Positions 30,105 through 39,102 of a DNA stretch of 64,000 nucleotides are shown in pieces. The notes under the pieces are model-generated. The model saw nothing but the letters and a program-made list of their open reading frames with translations, searched no databases and was not told where the DNA came from. The translations under genes were made by a program, and so were the position numbers. The DNA comes from Gemmatimonadales bacterium (GTDB lineage Bacteria; Gemmatimonadota; Gemmatimonadetes; Gemmatimonadales; GWC2-71-9): the NCBI GenBank assembly GCA_025934955.1, contig JAICWE010000009.1, positions 2,913-66,912 on the forward strand, in the 5' to 3' direction. Position 1 is the stretch's first letter, and each line of letters starts with the position of its first letter.

Positions 30105-31432
30105 AGGTGGGCTTTCCGTTTCCCGGCTATGAGAAGATCGCGCCGGTCGACGTGCCTGATGCCAACCTCATGGGCATCTTCGCACCGAAGGCGTCGGATG
30201 GCGTGAACGAGGCCGCGGTGCTTCGCGACGGCTTCGAGCGGCCGATCGACGCGCCGCGGCTTCGCGATGCACTGCGCGACCGGGTGCAGGGCAACGGCCG
30301 CGTGCTCATTCTGGTGGACGACGGGACCCGCACGACGCCGGTCGCGCGGATGCTGCCGGCGATCTTCGAGGAGCTGAAGGCGGCGGAGATCGGCGACGAC
30401 CGCGTCGCCTTCCTGACCGCGCCCGGCACCCACCGCGAGATGACCGACGCCGAGCTGCGCGAGAAGCTCGGCCCGTTCAAGGCGCGCTGCGCGGTGCACC
30501 AGCATCGCTGGCTCGACGAAGGCACGTTGCGCGACTACGGCCGCACCAGCGACGGCACCCGCGTCACCGCCAACCGGCTGCTGGGCGAGTCGGCGTTCGT
30601 GCTCGGTGTCGGCTCGATCGTGCCGCACCGGGTGAAGGGTTTCAGCGGCGGCGCCAAGATCGCGTTCCCCGGCGTCGCCGGGCGCGAAATGATGGAAAAG
30701 AACCAGTGGGAGGCGTCGCTCCGGATGTCGGAGACGGTGATGGGCGTCGCCGACAACCCGATGCGGCTCCGGATGGAGGAGGCGGCGCGCCTCGCCGGCA
30801 TGCACTACATCGTGAACGTGATCGTCGCCGAGTGCGATCACAGGATCGTCGGCTGCGTCACCGGCGACGTGGTGGCGGCGCACCGCGCGGGCTGCGCCAT
30901 CTCGCGCGAATACAACGGCGCCCGTCTGCCGCGCCGCGCGGACATCGTCATCAGCGACGCGCACCCGGCCGACCGCGACGTCTGGCAATCGGCGAAGGGG
31001 ATCTATTCCGGCACCATGGCGGTGCGTCGCGGGGGCACGCTCATCGTGGTGGCGCCGAATCCCGAGGGCGTCGCGAACAATCATCCGAACCTGCTGGAGA
31101 TCGGTTACCGGCCGCACGACGAGGTGATCCGCATGGTGCGCGAGGGCGAGGTGAAGGACATCGTCGGCGTCGCCATCCTGGGCGACATCGCGCAGATCCT
31201 CGACCACGCCGACTCGATCCTCGTCTCGCCCGGCGTCAGGCGGGAGGACGCCGAGCGGCTCGGCTTCCGCTGGGCGCCGACGACACAGGAGGCGCTGGAG
31301 ATGGGCTTCCTTCGATGCGGCCGCGAGGCGTCGGTCGCGGTACTCCGCTACGGCGGCCACATCCTGCCGATCGTCGAGCACGACGACGAGAGCCATCCGG
31401 AGCGCGGCGCCGAGCGTGGCATCGGCCGATGA
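30101..31432 (+). CDS. LarA-family (DUF2088) nickel-pincer-dependent 2-hydroxyacid racemase/epimerase homolog
   Basis: ATG 30101 (ATGA overlap) in ORF 29252..31432. VLILVDDGTRTTP, LTAPGTHREMT, GSIVPHRVKGFSGGAKIAFPG match the LarA Arg75/His108/His174/Lys184 regions as I recall them. Confidence 0.85.
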   Translation: MKVGFPFPGYEKIAPVDVPDANLMGIFAPKASDGVNEAAVLRDGFERPIDAPRLRDALRDRVQGNGRVLILVDDGTRTTPVARMLPAIFEELKAAEIGDDRVAFLTAPGTHREMTDAELREKLGPFKARCAVHQHRWLDEGTLRDYGRTSDGTRVTANRLLGESAFVLGVGSIVPHRVKGFSGGAKIAFPGVAGREMMEKNQWEASLRMSETVMGVADNPMRLRMEEAARLAGMHYIVNVIVAECDHRIVGCVTGDVVAAHRAGCAISREYNGARLPRRADIVISDAHPADRDVWQSAKGIYSGTMAVRRGGTLIVVAPNPEGVANNHPNLLEIGYRPHDEVIRMVREGEVKDIVGVAILGDIAQILDHADSILVSPGVRREDAERLGFRWAPTTQEALEMGFLRCGREASVAVLRYGGHILPIVEHDDESHPERGAERGIGR

Positions 31433-32628
31433 CGGGGTTCATGTTCGCCACGGGTATCGAGAACAGCTACCCGACGATCGTCTTGCCCGACGGCCGCACC
31501 GAGCGGGTGGACGAGATGGCGCGGACGAAGCATTACCAGCGCTGGAAGGAGGACTTCGCGCTGGTGAAGCAGCTCGGGATCCCGGCGCTGCGCTACGGGC
31601 CGCCGTACTACAAGGCGCACCTGGGCCCGGGCCGCTACGACTGGAGCTTCGCCGACGAGACGTTCGCCGAGCTGGAGCGGCTCGAGATCTGTCCCATCGC
31701 CGATCTGTGCCACTTCGGGGTGCCCGACTGGGTCGGCAACTTCCAGAATCCCGACTGGCCGCACTACTTCGCCGAGTACGCCGCGGCGTTCGCGCGGCGA
31801 TTCCCGTGGGTGCGCTACTACACGCCGGTGAACGAGATCTTCTGCTGCGCGACGTTCTCCGCGCAGTTCGGCTGGTGGAACGAGCGCCTCGCGAGCGACC
31901 AGGCGTTCGTCACGGCGCTCCGGCACATGTGCCAGGCCAACGTGCTCGCGATGGGCGCCATCATCGGCGCGCGCGCCGATGCCACCTTCATTCAGAGCGA
32001 GACGTCGACGTACTACCACGCCGAGGATCCGAGCTGCGTCCGCCAGGCGGCGTTCCTCAACGAGAAGCGGTTCCTCGCGCTCGACTTCACCTACGGCTAT
32101 CCGGTCTCGGCGCCGATGTACGAGTACGTGATGGATCACGGCATGACCCGCGACGACTATCACTGGTTCCGCGAGCACCACGTGAAGGCACATTGCGTGA
32201 TGGGCACGGATTACTACGAGGACAACGAGCAGGTGGTGCGCAGCGACGGCACCCTGCGCCACGCCGGTGAGATCTTCGGCTACTACGTGCTCACCCACCA
32301 GTACTTCGGCCGCTACCGGCTGCCGGTGATGCACACCGAGACCAACTTCCACGAGCCCGGTGCCGAGGCGTGGCTGTTCAAGGAGTGGACCAACATGGTT
32401 CGGCTCAAGGAGGACGGCGTGCCGATCATCGGCTTCACCTGGTACAGTCTCACCGACCAGGTGGATTGGGATACCGCGCTCAGGGAAGACAACGGCCGGG
32501 TGAATCCGCTCGGACTCTGCGATCTCGATCGCCAGCTGCGGCCGGTGGGGCGGGCGTACCAGGAGCTGATCAAGCAATGGCAGGAGATCCTGCCGACCGG
32601 GAGCCTCGTCCTCACCCTCGGCTACTGA
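31429..32628 (+). CDS. glycoside hydrolase family 1-like protein
   Basis: ATG 31429 (ATGA overlap) in ORF 30706..32628. TIM-barrel GH1-like blocks: YYTPVNEI (acid/base NE), VMHTETN (nucleophile TE), GFTWYSLTDQVDW. Confidence 0.75.
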   Translation: MTGFMFATGIENSYPTIVLPDGRTERVDEMARTKHYQRWKEDFALVKQLGIPALRYGPPYYKAHLGPGRYDWSFADETFAELERLEICPIADLCHFGVPDWVGNFQNPDWPHYFAEYAAAFARRFPWVRYYTPVNEIFCCATFSAQFGWWNERLASDQAFVTALRHMCQANVLAMGAIIGARADATFIQSETSTYYHAEDPSCVRQAAFLNEKRFLALDFTYGYPVSAPMYEYVMDHGMTRDDYHWFREHHVKAHCVMGTDYYEDNEQVVRSDGTLRHAGEIFGYYVLTHQYFGRYRLPVMHTETNFHEPGAEAWLFKEWTNMVRLKEDGVPIIGFTWYSLTDQVDWDTALREDNGRVNPLGLCDLDRQLRPVGRAYQELIKQWQEILPTGSLVLTLGY

Positions 32629-32728
32629 CCCGGAGTGTGACCCGAGTCACCGCCGCTCGCGCGCACGCGGGCCTATGCTCGGGCCTTCCCGGCAGGTCCC
32701 TGGCTCTTCAACGAAGGATTGTCTCCCT

Positions 32729-33349
32729 ATGCGTTCGCTCCTTCTCGGCCTCCTCGTCGTCGGCGCCGCAGGCATCGTCCCCAGCATCGCCGCCGCCCAG
32801 GTGGACACGACCGGCCGTCAGCGGACCGATACGACGACGGGCATTCAGCGCGATACCACGGGCATGAGTCGCGACAGTACCAGCTCCATGCAGCGGGACA
32901 CGACCAACCCGACGCAGCGCGACACCGGCAGCATGTCGAATCCGTCGAGCAGCACGACGAATCCGACGCCGAACAGTCCGTCGAGCACGGCCAACCCGTC
33001 CAGCTCGACCAATCCGTCCGGCAACGCGAATCCTTCGGACACCACCGCCGCCGAGAACGGCGGGCGGGGCACGGTGAGCGGCGACTCCGCGGCCGGCTCG
33101 GACACGAATCGGATTCATCGCGACTCCACTCACGTGAATCCGGGGGCGAGCAGCTCCAGCAACTCGAGCAGCTACGACAGCAGCTCGCCCGGCTCTCAGG
33201 CGAGCGATACCAGCATGCATACCAAGCGCAGCAGCAAGCACTGGAAGCACCACAAGCGCTCGTCCAGCTCCGGCACCATGCACCACGACACCAGCAGCGC
33301 GGGCCAGAGCACGAGCCCGTCGCCGAGCGACACGACCAAGCCGCGCTAA
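32729..33349 (+). CDS. exported Ser/Thr/Asn-rich low-complexity repeat protein with basic His/Lys-rich tail
   Basis: ATG 32729 gives the signal peptide MRSLLLGLLVVGAAGIVPSIAAAQ. Then 5 degenerate Q/S-R-D-T-T repeats, NP(S/T) runs and HTKRSSKHWKHHKRSSSSGTMHHD. Followed by a strong terminator. Confidence 0.65.
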   Translation: MRSLLLGLLVVGAAGIVPSIAAAQVDTTGRQRTDTTTGIQRDTTGMSRDSTSSMQRDTTNPTQRDTGSMSNPSSSTTNPTPNSPSSTANPSSSTNPSGNANPSDTTAAENGGRGTVSGDSAAGSDTNRIHRDSTHVNPGASSSSNSSSYDSSSPGSQASDTSMHTKRSSKHWKHHKRSSSSGTMHHDTSSAGQSTSPSPSDTTKPR

Positions 33350-33370
33350 ATCAGCAGCGCATGATCGCAC

Positions 33371-33404
33371 GACGGGCCCGCACCCCGGTGCGGGCCCGTC
33401 TTTT
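33371..33404 (+). terminator. rho-independent terminator
   Basis: Perfect 13-bp stem GACGGGCCCGCAC / GTGCGGGCCCGTC (33371-33383 / 33388-33400), loop CCCG, then TTTT. Confidence 0.9.
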
Positions 33405-33548
33405 CCTGTCGGACCGACCAGAAATGCGACTGTGCGCCGACTGTACAGAATTGCGTAATTGCCCCGGGCCGGCGCGTGGGCCATTCTGCGCAGGCCCAAG
33501 GGCGGTGCGTGGCGGGGGAACGGTTGGGTTTCACGGTAGACGGCGCTC

Positions 33549-34748
33549 GTGCGCTCCGGTTCCATGCCGCGCAACTCGCTCGCACCCGCGATCATCGCAG
33601 GTACGCTCGCCGCCGTCGTGCTCGCCGCCTGCGGCGGCGAGGGCGGCTCCGCGCCGCTCGGCCCGCGGGCACCGGCCGCGCCATCCGCCGCGTCGCTCGC
33701 CGCCATCATGGTCACGCCGCACACCGATTCACTCGACACCAATCAGACGGTGCAGCTCGCCGCGCGCGGCCGGAGCAGCGCCGGCGACAGCGTGCCGGTC
33801 GTCGTGACGTGGAGCGTGTCCGGCGGCATGCTCGATTCGGCGGCGCGCTTCTCGGCGGCGCTCGACGGCGAGTACACCGTCGTGGCGAAGCACTCGAGCG
33901 GCCTCGCCGACACGGCGCACATGACGGTGAAGGGCAAGGCGCACGCTCCGGCGCCGGCCGGCGCCGAGTGCGCGTCGCCCAGGGCGGGCTGGGTCTGGTG
34001 CGACGACTTCGAGCAGGACCGGCTGGCGAGCTACTACGAGTACATCACCGACGGCGGCAGCTTTCAGCGGGTGAGCGGTGTCGGCAAGGATGGCTCCTAC
34101 GGCATGCGCGCGCACTTCGCCGCGGGACAGGTCTCCGCCGGCGCGCTCCATCTGGCGCTAGGTCGCACGCCGCAGGCGTACTTCCGCCCGGCCGACGCCG
34201 GCACGGCGAACTATCGCGAGCTGTACTGGCGTCTGTACCTGAAGAACCAGGCAGGGTGGATCGGCGGCGGCGGCAACAAGCTGACCCGCGCGACGGTGTT
34301 TGCGTCGTCCACCAGCTGGGCGCAGGCGACGATCGCGCACCTGTGGAGCGGTGGCGCCGGCGACAACTACCTGATCCTCGATCCGGCGCGCGGCACCGAT
34401 GCTGCCGGCAACCTCGTCACCACCACCTACAACGACTTCGCCAATCTTACCTGGCTCGGCCAGGGCCCGGGTGTGACGCCGCTCTTCGATGCCGCGCACG
34501 TTGGCACCTGGCGTTGCGTGGAGGCCCACGTGCGGCTCAACGACGCGGGGCAGTCGAACGGCGTGTTCGAGTTCTGGCTCGACGGCGGGCTCGAGGCGCG
34601 GCGCACCGGCCTCAACTTCCTCGGCTCGTACTCGGCGTACGGGCTGAACGCGGTGTTCTTCGAGAATTACTGGAACGCCGGTTCGCCGGTGGCGCAGGAG
34701 CGCTACATGGACGACATCGTGGTGAGTACCCAGCGGATCGGGTGCTGA
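33549..34748 (+). CDS. lipoprotein with bacterial Ig-like (Big_2) domain and a C-terminal concanavalin/polysaccharide-lyase-like domain
   Basis: Lipobox AVVLAAC. Big_2-like segment IMVTPHTDSLDTNQTVQLAARGRSSAGDSVPVVVTWSVSGG...YTVVAKH. The C-terminal 250 aa are Trp/Tyr-rich; the family call is tentative. Confidence 0.65.
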   Translation: MRSGSMPRNSLAPAIIAGTLAAVVLAACGGEGGSAPLGPRAPAAPSAASLAAIMVTPHTDSLDTNQTVQLAARGRSSAGDSVPVVVTWSVSGGMLDSAARFSAALDGEYTVVAKHSSGLADTAHMTVKGKAHAPAPAGAECASPRAGWVWCDDFEQDRLASYYEYITDGGSFQRVSGVGKDGSYGMRAHFAAGQVSAGALHLALGRTPQAYFRPADAGTANYRELYWRLYLKNQAGWIGGGGNKLTRATVFASSTSWAQATIAHLWSGGAGDNYLILDPARGTDAAGNLVTTTYNDFANLTWLGQGPGVTPLFDAAHVGTWRCVEAHVRLNDAGQSNGVFEFWLDGGLEARRTGLNFLGSYSAYGLNAVFFENYWNAGSPVAQERYMDDIVVSTQRIGC

Positions 34749-34753
34749 CGGCC

Positions 34754-36016
34754 CTATCCCACCACCTCGCCGACCCGCCGCACGCCCTCCGCTACCTCCG
34801 CCTCACTCGGCCCGAAGCTGAGCCGCACGTACTGCCGGAAGCGCGACGGCCGGCCGCTCCGCCGTTTGCCGGGATTCACGTCGAAGAACTCGCCCGGCAC
34901 GCAGATGACCTTCGCCTCGAGCATCCGGCGGAAGAACGCCATCCCGTCGTCCAGCCCCCGCGGCATTCCCGACAGGTCCGCCCAGCAGTAGAACGTCCCT
35001 TCCGGCTCGGCGCCGACCCTGAGGCCGGCGGCGGTGATGCCGTCATAGAGGATGCGGCGCTTCCGGAGAAACGCGGCGCGGATCGCGCGGGTCTCCGCTT
35101 CGACGTGCGCCGGCTCGAGCAGCGGAATGGCCGAGCGCTGGAGCGGCTTGCTGCCGCCGCCGTCAAGGAAGCTGCCGGTGCTCGCCACGCCCTCGATCAC
35201 CGTGCGGGGCCCGACGATCCAGGTCGTCCGCCAGCCGGGATAGCGCCAGTTCTTGGTGAGACCGTCGAACAGCACGACGGGATCACGATCGACGTCCTCC
35301 ACGTACCGCGCCGCCGATTCGAGCCGCGCCTCCCCGGCATCGCCGCCCCACACGTAGTGCGAGTAGAACTCGTCCAGCAGCAGCGTGCACTGGAGCTCGC
35401 GCGCCGCCGCGACCCACGCCGCCAGCTCGTCACCCTGGATCGCCTTGCCCGTCGGATTGCACGGATTCGAGAGCAGCACCGCGGAGAGCCCGCGGCCGAG
35501 CACCTCGCGCCTGAGGTCGTCGGCGCTGAAGTGATAGCCGCGCTCGGGATCGAGCAGGATCGGGATCGCGGTGAAGAGCTTGAAGATGTCGAGCAGCTCC
35601 TCGTACGCGGTGTAGTCCGGCAGGAAGTGTCCCAGATTGATCTGGCCCAGCGCCGCGACGGCGCGGGTGAGCGACGCGCGCCCGCCGCCGCAGATGCAGA
35701 CGTTGTCCGCGCTGTACTGCGACCGCTTGCCGCCGCGGTAGAACGCGTTGTAGAGCGCGGCGACCGCCTCGCGCAGCTCGGGGATGCCCGGCACCGGCGC
35801 GTACTCCTGATCGTCCACGCCGATCTCGACCTGATGCACTCGCGGCGGCGCGCCCGGCAACGCGCCGGTCTCCGGCTGACCCTGGCCCAGGTTGCACCAG
35901 TCGGGGTGGCCGTAGCGATAGCCGCGCTTCGCCGCTTCGGCGACGACATAGATGACGCCGGTGTACGGCACCGGCCGGAAGCCGGGCACCGCCGGCGGTG
36001 TCGAGGAGAGAGGCAT
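34754..36016 (-). CDS. PLP-dependent aminotransferase (class I/II)
   Basis: LLSNPCNPTG, LLLDEFYSHY, DGLTKNWRYPGWR (PLP-Lys region), VRLSFG. ATG at 36016; a TTG two codons upstream (36022) is also possible. Confidence 0.9.
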   Translation of the reverse strand: MPLSSTPPAVPGFRPVPYTGVIYVVAEAAKRGYRYGHPDWCNLGQGQPETGALPGAPPRVHQVEIGVDDQEYAPVPGIPELREAVAALYNAFYRGGKRSQYSADNVCICGGGRASLTRAVAALGQINLGHFLPDYTAYEELLDIFKLFTAIPILLDPERGYHFSADDLRREVLGRGLSAVLLSNPCNPTGKAIQGDELAAWVAAARELQCTLLLDEFYSHYVWGGDAGEARLESAARYVEDVDRDPVVLFDGLTKNWRYPGWRTTWIVGPRTVIEGVASTGSFLDGGGSKPLQRSAIPLLEPAHVEAETRAIRAAFLRKRRILYDGITAAGLRVGAEPEGTFYCWADLSGMPRGLDDGMAFFRRMLEAKVICVPGEFFDVNPGKRRSGRPSRFRQYVRLSFGPSEAEVAEGVRRVGEVVG

Positions 36017-36090
36017 CGGCAAAGGTTAGCAGGGGCGGGGGCACGCGACCACCCGCGCGCTATATTCTCCCGACCTCAACCGGCTTCGCC

Positions 36091-37737
36091 ATGACTCGCA
36101 TCCTGCCGATCGCGCATCAGGTGCCGCTCCCGCAGAACCAGCTCATCCTCACCGACGCGCCGGCGGACGACGCGATCGAGATGGACGTCGCCATCGTCGG
36201 TGCCGGGCCGGCGGGGCTCGCCTGCGCCATCGCGCTGGCGCAGCTCGCCCGGCGCGCCGGCACCGAGTTGAACGTCGCGGTGCTGGAGAAGGCCGGCAGT
36301 CTCGGCGAGCACAATCTCTCGGGCGCGGTGGTGAATCCGCGGCCGTTCCGCGAGCTCTTTCCCGACGTCAAGGACGACGAGCTTCCGTTCCGCCAGCCGG
36401 TAAACGCCGAGCGGGTGTACTTCCTGGGCGAGCGCGCCGCGCGTCCGCTGCCGACGCCGCCGACGATGCACAACCGCGGCTACTTCACCGCATCCGTCTG
36501 CGAGATCGTCCGCTGGCTCGGCGAGCGGGCCGAAGCGCTGGGCGTGAATCTCTTCGCCGGATTTCCGGTGGAGGCGCTCCTTGCCGACGCCGGCGCCGTC
36601 CGCGGCGTGCGCACTACGCCGTCGGGACTCTCGCGCGATCGCCAACCGACCGGCGACTACCAGCAGCCGACCGACGTGACGGCGCGGGTGACGGTGCTCG
36701 CCGAGGGCACCCGCGGCCCGCTGGGGCAGGCCTGGTGCACGTGGCAGGGCGTGACCAGCGCCAACCCGCAGATCTTCGCGCTCGGCGTGAAGGAGGTGTG
36801 GGAAGTCGCGCGGCCGCTCGACCGGGTGGTGCACACGCTCGGCTGGCCGCTTCGCGCCGACGAGTTCGGCGGAAGCTGGATGTATCCGCTCGGGCCGGCG
36901 CAGGTGTCGCTCGGCCTCGTGGTCGGACTCGACTATCACGACGCGCGCCTCGACGTGCACGAGCGGATGCAGCGGATGAAGCTGCACCCGCTCTTCCGGG
37001 GCGTCCTCGAGGGCGGTCAGCTTCTCGAATGGGGCGCCAAGACCATTCCGGAGGGCGGTTACTACAGTCTGCCGGCGCGCCGCTCGGGAAGCGGCGTGGT
37101 GCTGGTGGGCGACACCGCCGGGTTCGTGGACGTGCCGTCGCTGAAGGGCATTCACTACGCGATGCAGTCGGGCATCTACGCCGCGCGGGCGATCTTCGCC
37201 GCGCTGCAGGCACACGACGCGTCGGCCGCGGCGCTGGCGGCGTACGACCGCGCCGTGGACGAGAGCTACATCGTGAGCGACTTGCGGAAGACGCGCAACA
37301 TGCGGCTGGCGTTCAAGGCCGGGCTGTTCGTGGGTGGCGCGAAGGCCGGGCTGATGACGCTCACCGGCGGCCGGTTCCCCGGCGGCCGCATCGCGATGCA
37401 CGCCGACGCGGAAGTGCCGCGCGATGAGCCCGCGCGCGCAACCCAGCCGGCGTTCGCGCCCGACGGCAAGCTCACCTTCAGCAAGCTCGACGCGGTGTTC
37501 AAGTCGGGCAACGAGACCCGCGACACGATCCCGAGTCATCTGATCGTCGGACGCGACGTGGGCGGCGCCGTCGCCGACTTCTACGCCGCACTTTGCCCGG
37601 CCGGGGTGTACGAGCGGGTGGGCGACGAGCTGCGGGTGAACCCGCCGAACTGTGTCGACTGCAAGGCGACCGACGTCCTCGGCCCACGCTGGACGCCGCG
37701 CGAGGGCGGGAGCGGCCCGAAGTACCGTCTGATGTGA
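36091..37737 (+). CDS. electron transfer flavoprotein-ubiquinone oxidoreductase (ETF-QO)
   Basis: ATG 36091 in ORF 35998..37737. DVAIVGAGPAGLACA, GGSWMYP, VGDTAGFVDVPSLKGIHYAMQSG. C-terminal 4Fe-4S region CPAGVYE...NPPNCVDCKATD...PREGGSGPKYRLM. Confidence 0.95.
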   Translation: MTRILPIAHQVPLPQNQLILTDAPADDAIEMDVAIVGAGPAGLACAIALAQLARRAGTELNVAVLEKAGSLGEHNLSGAVVNPRPFRELFPDVKDDELPFRQPVNAERVYFLGERAARPLPTPPTMHNRGYFTASVCEIVRWLGERAEALGVNLFAGFPVEALLADAGAVRGVRTTPSGLSRDRQPTGDYQQPTDVTARVTVLAEGTRGPLGQAWCTWQGVTSANPQIFALGVKEVWEVARPLDRVVHTLGWPLRADEFGGSWMYPLGPAQVSLGLVVGLDYHDARLDVHERMQRMKLHPLFRGVLEGGQLLEWGAKTIPEGGYYSLPARRSGSGVVLVGDTAGFVDVPSLKGIHYAMQSGIYAARAIFAALQAHDASAAALAAYDRAVDESYIVSDLRKTRNMRLAFKAGLFVGGAKAGLMTLTGGRFPGGRIAMHADAEVPRDEPARATQPAFAPDGKLTFSKLDAVFKSGNETRDTIPSHLIVGRDVGGAVADFYAALCPAGVYERVGDELRVNPPNCVDCKATDVLGPRWTPREGGSGPKYRLM

Positions 37738-37878
37738 TTCCTTGGGAACCGCCGCACGCCCGCGCCCGGAATTTGCCAAGCGGCACGTCGCCGGCTAAAC
37801 TAGCCGACTCCTCAGCACCCCGAAGATACGCCGAAATCGCGAGAGGCCCCGCTGGAAGATCAACGGCTCGTCACCGCC

Positions 37879-39066
37879 GTGCGCCGCATCTGGCAACCCA
37901 CCGACGCGTTCCTGCTGAGCGCGGGCGCCAAGGGCGAGCTGCTCATCGCCCGCATCCGGCTGTTGCTCACCGCGCTGCTGCTGTTGATCCCGCTCAACGC
38001 CTACATCTCGTATCCGGATGCGCGGGAGAACTACGTCGGGATCGCGGTGAGCCTGGGGTCGGTGGCGTTCGCGCTCGCGGTCTACCTTGCGGTGCGCCGC
38101 GAACACCACCGGCCGTGGCTCGGCTTCGCGACCACCATTTTCGATGTGACCTCGGTGAGCGCCGCGCTCGCCGCGTTCATGCTGCTCGACCAGCCGCTCA
38201 CGGCGGTGAACAGCAAGGTCGTCTTCGAGGCGTACTTCCTCGCCATCGGCGCCACGGCGCTGCGCTACGACGTGCGCACCTGCTTCCTCGCCGGCGCGCT
38301 CGCGCTGGCACAGTACATGGGGATCGTCGCGTACGCGGACGCGCACTGGGATCTGAACAGTCCGGCGTTGGCGCCGTACACCTACGGCACGTTCGAGTGG
38401 GGCGCTCAGATCTCCCGCCTCATGCTGCTGTTCATCGCGGCGCTGCTCAGCGCGACGATCGTGGTGCGTGCCCACCAGCTTCGCCGGCTCTCGGCGATCG
38501 ACCGGCTCACCGGCCTGTTCAATCGGGGCTACTTCGACGAGCGGGTGGAGGCCGAGCTGAGCCGGGCGCGGCGAGGCCAGCAGCCGCTGTCGCTGGTGAT
38601 GATCGACGTCGACCACTTCAAGCGCTTCAACGACCGGTACGGCCACGCGGCGGGTGACACCGCGCTCCGCACCATCGCGGCGCTGGTGCGCAACATGGTC
38701 CGCCGGCACGACATCGTCTCGCGCTACGGCGGCGAGGAGTTCGTCGTGGTGCTCCCGGAGACGAGCGCGGACGCGGCGGTCGAGAAGCTCGAGTCCATCC
38801 GCGCGGCGGTCGAGGCGGCGGCGATCCGGCTCCCGCGCCAGCAGGGGAGCGGCTCGCTGACGATCAGCGCCGGCGTCTCGACCTTCCCCGCCGACGGCGT
38901 CACCACCGACGACCTCCTCGACGAAGCGGACGCGCGGCTCTTCCGGGCCAAGAAGAGCGGCAGGAACCGCGTCATCGGCCGCGTTCCCGCCCCCGTCGCA
39001 TCCCCGGCCGCCGTCGCGCCCAACTCCCGCTCCACCGCCGCCGCGCCCCGCCGCGAGCGCGTCTGA
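37879..39066 (+). CDS. membrane-anchored diguanylate cyclase (GGDEF domain)
   Basis: About 6 TM helices, then DRLTGLFNRGYF, IDVDHFKRFNDRYGHAAGD, RYGGEEFVVVL (GGEEF active site). Confidence 0.9.
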   Translation: MRRIWQPTDAFLLSAGAKGELLIARIRLLLTALLLLIPLNAYISYPDARENYVGIAVSLGSVAFALAVYLAVRREHHRPWLGFATTIFDVTSVSAALAAFMLLDQPLTAVNSKVVFEAYFLAIGATALRYDVRTCFLAGALALAQYMGIVAYADAHWDLNSPALAPYTYGTFEWGAQISRLMLLFIAALLSATIVVRAHQLRRLSAIDRLTGLFNRGYFDERVEAELSRARRGQQPLSLVMIDVDHFKRFNDRYGHAAGDTALRTIAALVRNMVRRHDIVSRYGGEEFVVVLPETSADAAVEKLESIRAAVEAAAIRLPRQQGSGSLTISAGVSTFPADGVTTDDLLDEADARLFRAKKSGRNRVIGRVPAPVASPAAVAPNSRSTAAAPRRERV

Positions 39067-39077
39067 CGCCGCACACC

Positions 39078-39102
39078 GGCGCGCCCGCCCGTCAGGCGCG
39101 CC
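39078..39102 (+). terminator. possible stem-loop terminator after the GGDEF gene (no U-tract)
   Basis: GGCGCGCC (39078-39085), 9-nt loop, GGCGCGCC (39095-39102). The 8-mer is self-complementary. 12 nt after the stop codon. The tail is not T-rich. Confidence 0.3.

Noticed and set aside
33476-36094. 872-aa plus-strand ORF spanning the lipoprotein and the antisense of the aminotransferase
   Set aside because: Arg/Gly/Ala-rich junk translation. It is explained by two real genes (33549..34748 on + and 34754..36016 on -).
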